Shown: positions 37,476-49,406, counted from the first letter of the stretch. The stretch: 64,000 nt of DNA from Eledone cirrhosa (GCA_964016885.1 OZ024758.1:25854001-25918000), one strand, 5' to 3'. Numbers and translations are program-made. The notes: a model not told the origin generated them from the sequence alone.

Positions 37476-38062
37476 GAACCCAGTACATGCTGTGAAGTGA
37501 GTGGTATTAGGAAGGGCATCCAGCTGTAGAAACCATACCAAATTGGGACACGTGAGTGAGACACAGTCTGACTAGCCTGTCTAGCTTCAGATGATGACAA
37601 CCCATTGAACCCATACAAGTATGGAAAATAGACATAAAACGATGATAATGATAAATATACTCACAAACAGAATTTTACTACACACAGTTTTATTTTACAT
37701 TTAATTTTACTACAGTTTTATTTTACATTTAATTTTACTAGTTTTATTTTACATTTAATTTTACTACACACACACAGTTTTAACAACTAGTTAATTAAAA
37801 GTGAAACCTTAATTTCATTGAACTTCAAATTACAATTCAATTGTAATCTATTTTATTCTCACAGCAGTAAATAGAAAGAGCTGAAGTAGAATTGCAGAAA
37901 CACAAGAGAAAAAAGTAAAAAAAAAAATAAAAAAAACATTACATGAATGGCAGTGCCCCAGCATGGCCTCAGCCACTTGGCTGGAACATGTAATAGAGTA
38001 ATATTTAAATTTCAGAGTCAATTAAAATCCATCTCAAATTTCCACACTATTAACTTCTTCAT

Positions 38063-38475
38063 TTAACCTTAAACCGGTCATACCCGGCCAGAATTCTCTC
38101 ACCTCTTTCTGTTTAAACCAGTCATAACCGGCCACTCATACTGATGTTAAGGTATTGTTCTCAAAATAAATAATATCAAAATCTCATAGATTCAATATTA
38201 TGTGAGGTAAAGCCTTTACCATAAAAATTCAATAGTAAATATAAAGTAATTGTTTCTACTTTAGGCACAAGGCCAGCAATTACCCAGTGTATTACTGGTA
38301 CTTTATTTTATCAACCCCGTAAGGATGAAAGGCAAAGTTAACCTCGGCGGGATTTGAACTCAGAATGGCAAGGGCCGTAACTCTATGCGTCAAAGCATGG
38401 CGTCCGACCCTCTACCGATACTGCCAATCCACCGCCTATAGTAAATATAAAGTAATGTAAATGGTAAAGGGTTAA
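38063..38475 (-). mobile_element. piggyBac-type MITE with a nested family-B SINE (38251-38437)
   Basis: The SINE is flanked by a 19-bp TSD ATAGTAAATATAAAGTAAT (38232-38250, 38438-38456). Confidence 0.85.
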
Positions 38476-38532
38476 AGACTGCTTCAATCATTCTATTCAC
38501 AAATAACTTTCCACAACAATAACTATAACATA

Positions 38533-38870
38533 ATTGGGTCACTAACTGCGAGGTTCTTGTCTTATCTTGCGGCTTGCTTAACGGAGGTAACTGGTGATAC
38601 TAGTGAAGGCGCTTGGCTGTTCCTGAGCATCAGCCTCGCCATCACTCGAGGTAATGCTGCGAGCATGCTGGCTTGCCTCAAAAATTATTAGAGAGGTTTT
38701 CCAGTGCTCCTTACGATATTGTTACCTTTTGCTCTAGCAGCAGTTCGTTTGTTCACCCCTTGTGCCTCCCTTTTGAAGTATGTGGTCCTAGATGGGTGCA
38801 TTACCTGCTTCTGTGTTTTTTTTTCTTTTTATTTGTAATATTATGATGGCGGTTATGTTGACAAAATAAA
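38533..38870 (+). pseudogene. 3' end of a CRE-clade-like non-LTR retrotransposon
   Basis: 38533-38691 translates IGSLTARFLSYLAACLTEVTGDTSEGAWLFLSISLAITRGNAASMLACLKNY*, matching the CRE-type L.QRIS.AI.RGNA C-terminal motif. Confidence 0.7.
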
Positions 38871-39735
38871 GAAACTTCTTATGTTAAGAGTTCAAAATAG
38901 AAATAGAGGCTTTGCCATACCATTGACTATAAGCACACTGATACCAATCTTTTATGTGTTGTGACTAGGGCAATTCTGACTGATTAGAACTATGGTCAAA
39001 GGTATTCCAAATAAGATGATGACCATTCAAGAAGGAGGAGAAGATTGAATCTATGAGATTTTGATATTTATTTTGAGAACAATACCTTAACATCAGTATG
39101 AGCAGCTAGTTTGAACAGAAAGGGGTGAGAAAATTCTGGCTGGTTTAAATGCTAAAGGGTTAAATGACAAAATATATTATCAATTGTTTGGTTTTTCATT
39201 TATAGTTTTTGGAACCTCAAGGGATTTTATTTCAGTTTATCAATTTCTGCCCCTAATCAGAGACCTTTCCTAAGCATGTCCATCATAATTAGTAGATTAA
39301 TACACTTGTTAAACACTACAGACTATGTTCATCATTTGCTTCCTTTGTTAGAACATTTTATCTATAGCTAAGTGTTGCATGCATATACTCAATTTGTAAA
39401 GTGGTATTGTTATCAAATTTGAAGCTTTAGTTCATATATTAGTTTTAAAATTTCATCAGATATTTATAAAACCAATGTAAAGTGGTTGTGTAGGTGTCAC
39501 GGCAAAAAGCACCCAGTCTGTGAATACAGCAGATTTCTTCAAGAGATGGATAGAGAGTGTGAGAGAAAGGAAGTGAGAAAGAGATATAGAAGAAGAATCA
39601 ATCCATGTACTAGACTGGTAATTGTTTTATCAACCTCGAAAGGATGAGACAAAACTGACTTCGGCAGGATTTGAACTCAGAAACAAATACTGCGAAGCAT
39701 TCTATCTAACATTCTAATGACTCTGCTAATTTGAT

Positions 39736-42037
39736 AAAAAGAAGGGCTTATTCAGTCACAGAGAACCAAACTTATACTAATGTTAAAAAAAAGGCTTATT
39801 CAGTCACAGAGAACTGAACTTATACTAATGTTAAAAAAAGGCTTATACAGTCACAGAGAACTGAACTTATACTAATGTTAAAAAAAGGCTTATTCAGTCA
39901 CAGAGAACTGAACTTATACTAATGTTAAAAAAAAGGCTTATTCAGTCACAGAGAACTGAACTTATACTAATGTTAAAAAAAAGGCTTATTCAGTCACAGA
40001 GAACTGAACTTATACTAATGTTAAAAAAAAGCTTATTCAGTCACAGAGAACTGAACTTATACTAATGTTAAAAAAAGGCTTATACAGTCACAGAGAACTG
40101 AACTTATACTAATGTTAAAAAAAAGGCTTATTCAGTCACAGAGAACTGAACTTATACTAATGTTAAAAAAAAGCTTATTCAGTCACAGAGAACTGAACTT
40201 ATACTAATGTTAAAAAAAGGCTTATTCAGTCACAGAGAACTGAACTTATACTAATGTTAAAAAAAGGCTTATACAGTCACAGAGAACTGAACTTATACTA
40301 ATGTTAAAAAAAGGCTTATTCAGTCACAGAGAACTGAACTTATACTAATGTTAAAAAAAGGCTTATTCAGTCACAGAGAACCAAACTTATACTAATGTTA
40401 AAAAAAGGCTTATTCAGTCACAGAGAACTGAACTTATACTAATGTTAAAAAAAAGGCTTATACAGTCACAGAGAACCAAACTTATACTAATGTTAAAAAA
40501 AGGCTTATTCAGTCACAGAGAACTGAACTTATACTAATGTTAAAAAAAGGCTTATTCAGTCACAGAGAACTGAACTTATACTAATGTTAAAAAAAGGCTT
40601 ATTCAGTCACAGAGAACTGAACTTATACTAATGTTAAAAAAAGGCTTATTCAGTCACAGAGAACTGAACTTATACTAATGTTAAAAAAAGGCTTATTCAG
40701 TCACAGAGAACTGAACTTATACTAATGTTAAAAAAAGGCTTATACAGTCACAGAGAACCAAACTTATACTAATGTTAAAAAAAGGCTTATACAGTCACAG
40801 AGAACTGAACTTATACTAATGTTAAAAAAAGGCTTATTCAGTCACAGAGAACTGAACTTATACTAATGTTAAAAAAAGGCTTACTCAGTCACAGAGAACT
40901 GAACTTATACTAATGTTAAAAAAAGGCTTATTCAGTCACAGAGAACTGAACTTATACTAATGTTAAAAAAAGGCTTATACAGTCACAGAGAACCAAACTT
41001 ATACTAATGTTAAAAAAAGGCTTATACAGTCACAGAGAACTGAACTTATACTAATGTTAAAAAAAGGCTTATTCAGTCACAGAGAACTGAACTTATACTA
41101 ATGTTAAAAAAAGGCTTATTCAGTCACAGAGAACTGAACTTATACTAATGTTAAAAAAAGGCTTATTCAGTCACAGAGAACTGAACTTATACTAATGTTA
41201 AAAAAAGGCTTATTCAGTCACAGAGAACTGAACTTATACTAATGTTAAAAAAAGGCTTATACAGTCACAGAGAACCAAACTTATACTAATGTTAAAAAAA
41301 GGCTTATACAGTCACAGAGAACTGAACTTATACTAATGTTAAAAAAAGGCTTATTCAGTCACAGAGAACCAAACTTATACTAATGTTAAAAAAAGGCTTA
41401 TTCAGTCACAGAGAACTGAACTTATACTAATGTTAAAAAAAAGGCTTATACAGTCACAGAGAACCAAACTTATACTAATGTTAAAAAAAGGCTTATTCAG
41501 TCACAGAGAACTGAACTTATACTAATGTTAAAAAAAGGCTTATTCAGTCACAGAGAACTGAACTTATACTAATGTTAAAAAAAGGCTTATTCAGTCACAG
41601 AGAACTGAACTTATACTAATGTTAAAAAAAGGCTTATTCAGTCACAGAGAACTGAACTTATACTAATGTTAAAAAAAGGCTTATTCAGTCACAGAGAACT
41701 GAACTTATACTAATGTTAAAAAAAGGCTTATTCAGTCACAGAGAACTGAACTTATACTAATGTTAAAAAAAAGCTTATTCAGTCACAGAGAACTGAACTT
41801 ATGCTAATGTTAAAAAAAGGCTTATTCAGTCACAGAGAACTGAACTTATACTAATGTTAAAAAAAGGCTTATTCAGTCACAGAGAACTGAACTTATACTA
41901 ATGTTAAAAAAAAGCTTATTCAGTCACAGAGAACTGAACTTATGCTAATATTAAAAAAAGGCTTATTCAGTCACAGAGAACTGAACTTATACTAATGTTA
42001 AAAAAAGGCTTATTCAGTCACAGAGAACCAAACTCAT
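39736..42037. repeat. Homogeneous minisatellite, ~48 x 47-48 bp
   Basis: Unit GGCTTATTCAGTCACAGAGAACTGAACTTATACTAATGTTA(7-8). Confidence 0.97.
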
Positions 42038-42834
42038 TAGTATGAGTTTGGTTCTCATGTAAATCATAGGATGCTGGTTGTGACACCTAATATTTATAAA
42101 AAGAACTGTAAATGTCTCTTATGCCCAATAAGGTCCTTAAGAACCAGTGCTGCCTGTAGCAGATGACAGATTAAGTTTCCTCTAGATAAGATGCTAGCCT
42201 TATTATAAATAACTTGAACTCAATAATCCTCTATACACTCACTCATTTTTACTTTCCAAATAAATATTCATTTTAAAAAAGAAATATATTAGTTTTTAAA
42301 ATATTTAGCAAGAATTATTGTAAAAAATTCAAGTGTCTTTTGTGGTTATGAAAACGGAAAAGGAAGGGAAAAGGGCAAGGGCTTTAGGGTCACAGAAGAA
42401 TGGGGAGGAGGAAGGAGGGGGGGGGGGGGGAAGGGGGAGGGAGATGGGCTCTAGGCTTAGGGTGCGGCCGTATTGGGGGTGCACTCCGTGGACAAGACTG
42501 CAAAAATATTCCCGCGGACAATGGCCAGTGACACCCACTGCTACAGTCACCCCACAGTATGGAGCTAATAAAAACAAAAAGGTACAAGCAGGGCCCATGA
42601 GAGGAGGGGGGAGGTCCAGCCAGAACTTTGTTCTGGGACCCAAGAGCTCTTGGACCATCCATTTTGAGAAAAATCTTTGCCTGCTTTGGGCCCCAAAGGG
42701 GTCTTGTACCGCCTTGCAGAATTTCTCTTGGAGGCCCTGGGTACAGGCATGCAGAGTAAAAGCTGAACAGATACTTAACGGTCTTAGTGAGGTTTTGTAT
42801 TTCATCTACAGCAATTGGCAGATTTGACAGCAAA

Positions 42835-42870
<36 letters not shown>

Positions 42871-42934
42871 TATACACACATACATATATATATACCTACA
42901 CATATATATACACATACATATATATATATATATA

Positions 42935-45885
42935 TCATCATCATCATTTTACGCCCGCTTTTCCCTGCTTGCAAGGGTGGGACGGGTCTTATTCAGCACA
43001 TCATCTCTCCACTCGTCACGGTCCTTCGTCATCTCCACCGTGAGCTTCAATGATCTGAGGTCTGTTCTCACCACCTCCGCCCATGTTTTTTGTGGTCTAC
43101 CTCTACCACGTCTTCCTTCAACTGGCACTTCTTCGCCCATCGGTCATCCTCCATGCGCATCACATGTCCATACCACCTCAGTCTCCTCTCCCGTACACTA
43201 CATTCTATCCCTCTCAGACACAGTTTCTCTCTCAACACATTCATCCTGGGTCGTTCACGCACATTTACACTGCACATCCAACAGAGCATGCTTGCCTCAT
43301 TTCTCTCCAGCCGCATATCCTCTGCAGTTGCTGCCCATGTCTCACTACCATGCAGCATCGCGCTCCTCACACAGGCATCATACACAGGACTTTCGTACGC
43401 AGGGAGAAACCCTTCTTCGTCAGCAGAGGAAGCAGCTCCCTAAACTTCTTCCAACCCATCCTTATTCTAGATACTATGGCCTCGGAACACCCTCCTCCCA
43501 TGCTAATCTGATCTCCTAGGTACCGGAAGCTATCCACCACTTCTATAGCGCCCTCCTGCATTTGAAAAATGTGTCTATCAATGCGACTTCTACTGTCTAA
43601 TTTCCCTGTACATCTACTGCATACATATTTCTCCCTACCTGTTAGTTTGCCTGCTATCCCACTACATCTCTTGTGTACCCAGGATCTGCAATGTGTGCAT
43701 TTTATAGAATTTATGCCAGTTCCTTTTCTGCATATCGAACATGGCCATTTCCCTGACGGAATCAGAGTTTTGTCCTCTTTTCTACTCATCAACACTTTTG
43801 TCTTAGCTAGGTTCACTCTCAGTCCTCTTGCTTCCAACTGCTGTTTCCATAGCCAGAATTTATTCTCTAGCTCATCTACTGATTCTGCTATAAGAACCAG
43901 ATCGTCAGCATAGAGAAGTTCCCATGGACAGCCAGTCTTAAACTCCTCTATTATGGCTTGGAGGACTATAATGAACAAGAGCGGGCTGAGGACCGAACCT
44001 TGATGTACTCCTACTTGTATCTGGAATTCCTCACTAAACTCCATTCCTACCCTGACTTTACTGAGAGTACCTCTGTACAAAGTTTGCATTGTCCTCACAA
44101 GCCATTCCTCAACACCTAGTTTCCTTAGGGACCACCAGATGACAGATCGGGGTACCCTATCAAAGGCCTTCTCTAGGTCAACAAAGGCTAAGTATAGTGG
44201 CTTATTTTTCTCTAAGAACCTCTCTTGCAATTGTCTCACCAAGAAGAGGGCATCTGTTGTACTCTTCCCAGGCACAAAACCAAACTGCATCTCATCTAGT
44301 TTGACCCTTTCTCTAATTAGTTGTGCTAATATCCTTTCTGCCACTTTCATAACCTGATCCACCAGTTTTATACCCCTATAATTGCTCCTCTCTAAAGCAT
44401 CTCCTTTACCTTTGTAGCAATTTATGAGAATACTGCTGCACCAGTCTTTGGGTATGACACCACCATATATAGCCTGATTGATGATGCGTGCAACCAGTTT
44501 AGTGCCTACGTCCCCTGATGCCTTCAGCATCTCAGCAACTATTCCCGATGGTCCAGCAGCCTTACCATTTTTCATTTCCTTAATCGCCTCTTGGACCCTA
44601 TATTCGTCAATAGCTGGTCCCTCTGTCGGATCTACTAGGGGTAATTTATCTCTCTCCTATTTGTTCTCCACATTCATCAGTCTCTCATAATGACATTTCC
44701 AGGCCTCCTTTTTCTGATCATTCGTGACACTAAGTACTCCGGCATCATCCCGAACACATTTATCTCCAACAACATCCTGATTGGCATTGACACACTGCCT
44801 TGCAATGTGGAACACCGCACGCCTCTGATCTTCCTGTCGCAGAACATTGGCAAACCTCCTACTCTCCGCCTCCCTGCGTGCTAAGTACACCTGACGTCTA
44901 GCTTCTCTCTTACTGGCTGTATATTCTTCCCTACTCCCACCCTTTTTCCAAGCCTTCCATGCTAGTCTTTTGTCTCTAATGGCCTTATCTATTGTGCTGT
45001 TCCACCACCAGGTCACTCTCTGTCTGGTTGGAGCTCTGCTCCAGCCACAAGTTTCATCAGCAGCCTGCAGCAAGTTGTCACGTAAGAAATTCCAGTTATT
45101 ATCTATGTCATACGTCTCTAAATCGTCTTCTTTTTCGTCATATACATCTTGAAGGGCTTTCCTAAATTTGTATTTTAGTGAAAGGTCTTTTAGCTTCCAG
45201 AGCTTTCTTCTCCACACCTTCCTGTATGTCTCATTCCATCTCTTGCTTACTGAGATATCACTAACGACTAACCTATGCTGTGGGGTACATTCTTCCCCAG
45301 GGTATGCCTTGGTATTAGACACTATCTGCCTGTCCCGCTGCCTAACTAGTAAGAAGTCAATCTGGCTTATGTGCCCACCAGATTTGTAGGTTATTAGGTG
45401 ATTGGCAGGTTTCTGGAAGTTTGTGCTGCAAATAGTCAATGTACTTGCATCACAGAATTCAAGAAGTCTCACTCCTTCATTTCTTGAGCCGTAACCGTGC
45501 CCACCATGTACCCCAGTGTAACCATCCTGGAGCTGTCCAACATGACCATTGAAGTCTCCTGCTAGCATAACGATGTCTCCGTCCTCTGTCATTGCGGTTG
45601 TTTGTAAAAGTTGCTCGTTCTCATCTTTGCCGAGGCCAGCTTGGGGAGCATAGGCAGAGATGATTGTCAGTAGTCTCCTGCCTACAACTAATCTAAGCTT
45701 AATTATTCGATTACTAACTCGAACTACCTCTATTGTCTTATTGATCCATTTCTCAGCCAGGAAAATGCCTACTCCTCCTAACCCATCATCCTTACCTACC
45801 CAGAATAGCTTATAGCTAAGACGTTTGCCTACGACTAGTCTCGCAGAGGCACCTCTCCATCTCACCTCTTGCAAGCAGCACACAT
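42935..45885 (-). mobile_element. 5'-truncated RTE-clade LINE (APE + RT + PHD-like finger), inactivated
   Basis: APE motifs CLQEVRW, SAYAPQ, GDFNGHVG, QIDFLL. RT motifs QFGFVPG, DLEKAFD, GVHQGSVLSP, LYADD. Nonsense codon at 44657, frameshifts near 43385 and 43140, and a (GAT)n tail. Confidence 0.95.
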
Positions 45886-46099
45886 ATACATATATACACA
45901 CATACATACATATACATACACACATACATATATATATATATACATACACATATACACATACATACATATATATATACCTACACATATATATACACATACA
46001 TATATATATATACACACATACATATATATATATACATACACATATATATATACACATACATATATACATACATACATATATATATATACACATACATAT

Positions 46100-46142
<43 letters not shown>

Positions 46143-46382
46143 GAAGGGGTTACACAACAGTTAGTTCACCATAATCGGATCCTCAGTGTTCTACCACTAT
46201 ATATATACACATATATATATATATACACACACATATATATACATACACACATATATATATATACACACATATATATATATACACACATATATATATATAC
46301 ACACATATATATATATACACACATATATATATATATATATATACATAATATAAGATCAAAAGATGGTTAAAGGAGTTCCATA

Positions 46383-46453
46383 TATTTTATTATGCGCATT
46401 TCAAAAACAAACATCATCAAGCAATAATATTTGTGTTTTCATCAGATAAAACA
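46383..46453 (-). ncRNA. Type I hammerhead ribozyme (left arm)
   Basis: Exact mirror of 46572-46642. Confidence 0.8.
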
Positions 46454-46571
46454 GGAGAACATGATATGAAGGCTAAAAAACACTTGTGAATAGTGCAGTT
46501 TTAAATCAACATATGTTGATTTAAAACTGCACTATTCACAAGTGTTTTTTAGCCTTCATATCATGTTCTCC

Positions 46572-46642
46572 TGTTTTATCTGATGAAAACACAAATATTA
46601 TTGCTTGATGATGTTTGTTTTTGAAATGCGCATAATAAAATA
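46572..46642 (+). ncRNA. Type I hammerhead ribozyme (right arm)
   Basis: Stem I 46572-79/46635-42, CUGAUGA 46580-86, stem II 46587-46622, GAAA 46623-26, stem III UGCGCA. Predicted cleavage after AUA at 46634. Confidence 0.82.
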
Positions 46643-46789
46643 TATGGAACTCCTTTAACCATCTTTTGATCTTATATTATGCATACTCCAGTCCCACAAA
46701 CTGTAGAGTGCTTCTTATCCGATATCTGCATTGCTTTATTGTACTACAATAAAACTCACCTCCTACATTATATATATACATATATATAT

Positions 46790-47382
46790 CACGATAAATT
46801 AACGGAGGCATAGGCTCTCGCTATTCCCTGTAAATAATGTGCTCAAAGGAGAAGAGATCCTGAGCTCTTTAAAATACAATATGTTGAAAAGGTAACACAC
46901 CAGAGAGATATATAGTGCGTTATCAATAATACAGGGAAAAAACCACCAGTGTATGGAATCTATAACCTATGAAAGGCAGACTATAGACACGATAATTAAA
47001 AATATAAATTAAAGCGTAAATAAATACCTCTATAACTATATAACACACGTACAAATCCAAAGATATGTTTCACCAAAAATTTATTTACGCTTTAATTTAT
47101 ATTTTTAATTATTGTGTCTGTAGTCTGCCTTTCATAGGTTATAGATTCCATACACTGGTTTTTTCCCTGTATTATTGATAACGCGGTGGATTGGCAGTAT
47201 TGGTAGAGGGTCGGACGCCATGCTTTCCAGCATAGTTACGTCCCTTTACCATCTGTGTTCAAATCCCGCCGAGGTTGACTTTGCCTTTCATCCTTACGGG
47301 GTCGATAAAATAAAGTACCAGTAATGCACTGGTAATTGCTGGCCTTGTGCCTAAAGTAGAAACAATTATTGATAACGCACTA
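46790..47382 (-). mobile_element. Second, unrelated fold-back element (~110-bp arms, ~53-bp spacer, tail)
   Basis: 46913-47025 is inverted at 47079-47184 plus 47379-47382, in (TA)n. Confidence 0.7.
47185..47364 (+). mobile_element. Family-B SINE with a 14-bp TSD
   Basis: ATTATTGATAACGC at 47171-47184 and 47365-47378. Confidence 0.9.
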
Positions 47383-47462
47383 CATATATATATACATACA
47401 TATTTATATACACATACAAACATACATATACATACACGCACATGATTATATATATATATATA

Positions 47463-48053
47463 TCTTAGTCTTAGTTCCTCCAGCCCCTTGTGGAACATTG
47501 AGCGACGAGCTTCCTCCACTTGATCCTGTCACTGGCGGCCCTTCTAGCACCTCTCCAGGTAATTCCCATCTCCCGCAGGTCCTCCCTGAATGTGCTCCGC
47601 CATGTTTTTCGTGGTCTTCCCCGTTCTCTCCTGCCACCTTCTGGTACCCAATCCATGGCAATATGAGCAGGTCAATCTGCCAGCAAACGAAGGATGTGGC
47701 CTGTGAACTGCCGTCTCCTTTTCTGGACAATGTCCCTTAACCTCTTCAATCCTGACCTCCTCATCACTTCCTCGTTGCTAACTTGGTCTCTCCATATTTT
47801 CCATATGGTCCGAATGCAACGATGGTGGAATACATCAAGCTTGTTACATACACTTTCCGTACTCTTCCATGTCTCACAGGGATATATCGCTGTTGGTACT
47901 ACAATGGACATGTAAACACGGAATTTGACGGCGTTGCCGATGGAACACCTGGACCATGCCGGACGAAGTCGCTGGAAGACCGCCGCTGCTTTTCCCAGCC
48001 TTGTGCGCACATCCACCTCAGCATCCCCATCGTCAGAGATGTTGCTGCCAAGT
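47463..48053 (-). mobile_element. RTE-clade LINE (second family), 3' non-inverted segment
   Basis: LGSNISDDGDAEVDVRTRLGKA...GRRERGRPRKTWR...GWRN* followed by a (TAAGAC)n-type tail. Confidence 0.9.
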
Positions 48054-49406
48054 GGATCAGCAGTACTTCATGGAATCTCATTGACGAGAGGAAGGATGTT
48101 AAGATCAAACCAAAACTCGACAGCAATGGAAGGAAGTGGACAAAGAGTACAGACGTCTTGACAAGGAAGTAAAGAAGAGCTGTCGAAAAGACAAGCGGCG
48201 CCAGTGGGTAGAGGACCGGGCTGCAGAGGCACAGGTGGCAGCAGATCGAAATGATTCCAAGACGCTGTACCGGATCGTCAGAGAGCTAACTGGAGGACGA
48301 AGTGGAAGCAGTTTGCCAATCAAGAGCAAAGATGGTCGGATGCTTGCAGCCAGTGAAGAGCAGGCCCAGAGGTGGAACGAACACTTTCGTGAGGTCCTCA
48401 ATCAGCCATCCCCCAAAACAGTCTTCGAGCTTGACTGGGAGGAAGCGAGCTACCGACTGGATGTACAACTAGATGACATCACAAGAGCTGAGGTGGCCAA
48501 GGCCATCCGCTGCCAAAAGAATAACAAAGCAGCAGGGCTGGATGAGATTCCTGCAGAGCTTCTGAAGCATGGCAAGGATGTAATAGAGGAGCAGCTCACC
48601 CATATTTATGCAATGTGATTTGGCAAGAAGAGGAGGTGCCGGAGGACTGTGGAAATGGAGTGACTGTACCACTACCGAAGAAGGGCTGTCTCAGTAACTG
48701 CAACAACTGGAGAGGGATCACGTTGCTATCAGTGCAGGGGAAGGTATTCTGCACAGTCATCCTGAACCGGCCGAGAGCAGAAGTAGATCATCATCTTCGA
48801 GACAAACAGGCTGGTTTCCGCAGTGGAAGGTCTTGTTCAGAGCAGATCTTCACTCTCCGAAATATCATTGAACAATGTCGGGAGTTCCACAAGTCCCTTG
48901 TTGTCAACTACATTGACTTCAGGAAAGCTTTCGACAGTGTTCATCGGGAGTCATTGTGGAAGATTGTAAGACTCTACGGTGTCCCAGAGAAATATATTAA
49001 CATCTTCAGGTCGCTGTACCGACATTCCAGGTGCTGCGTTAGGAGAAAGGACAGAAACGCGGAAATGTTTGACATCTTGACGGGTGTTCGACAAGGCTGT
49101 ATCCTTTCGCCTTTCCTTTTCCTCATCGTCATCGATTTCATCATGAAGAAGACAATGAGTGACCCTCATTTTGGCATCAGTTGGGATGGAAGGAGATTAA
49201 GCGACCTGGACTTTGCCAATGACATCGCAGTGATAGGCCATTCCCGAGAAGTCCTGCAAGAGATGACAAACGTTCTAAATGACAATGCAGAGAAAGTTGG
49301 CCTACGCATCAGTTGTGAAAAAACCAAGACCATGTCGACAGGTGACCCTCCAAATCCTCCCATCATGGTTGGTCAGCGTGACATTGAATATGTAAACCAC
49401 TTCCAT
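48050..49406 (+). mobile_element. Same LINE, inverted 5' segment (linker + RT)
   Basis: KAAGLDEIPAELLK, NWRGITLLS, QAGFRSGRS, DFRKAFDSV, GVRQGCILSP and LDFAND (decayed ADD), ending IEYVNHF. Confidence 0.9.

Larger units (their letters stand above)
46344..46767. mobile_element. Fold-back hammerhead element: perfect 338-bp palindrome plus an 86-bp tail
   Basis: 46344-46681 is self-complementary about 46512/46513 with no spacer. Right arm plus tail equals the family copy at 3049-3304. Confidence 0.9.

Noticed and set aside
39736-42037. CRISPR-like regular array
   Set aside because: Units are contiguous with no unique spacers, there are no cas genes, and the context is eukaryotic.
42329-42830. 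GC-rich 158-194-aa ORFs
   Set aside because: Open on both strands with no recognisable domain. Probably a GC-rich transposon remnant.
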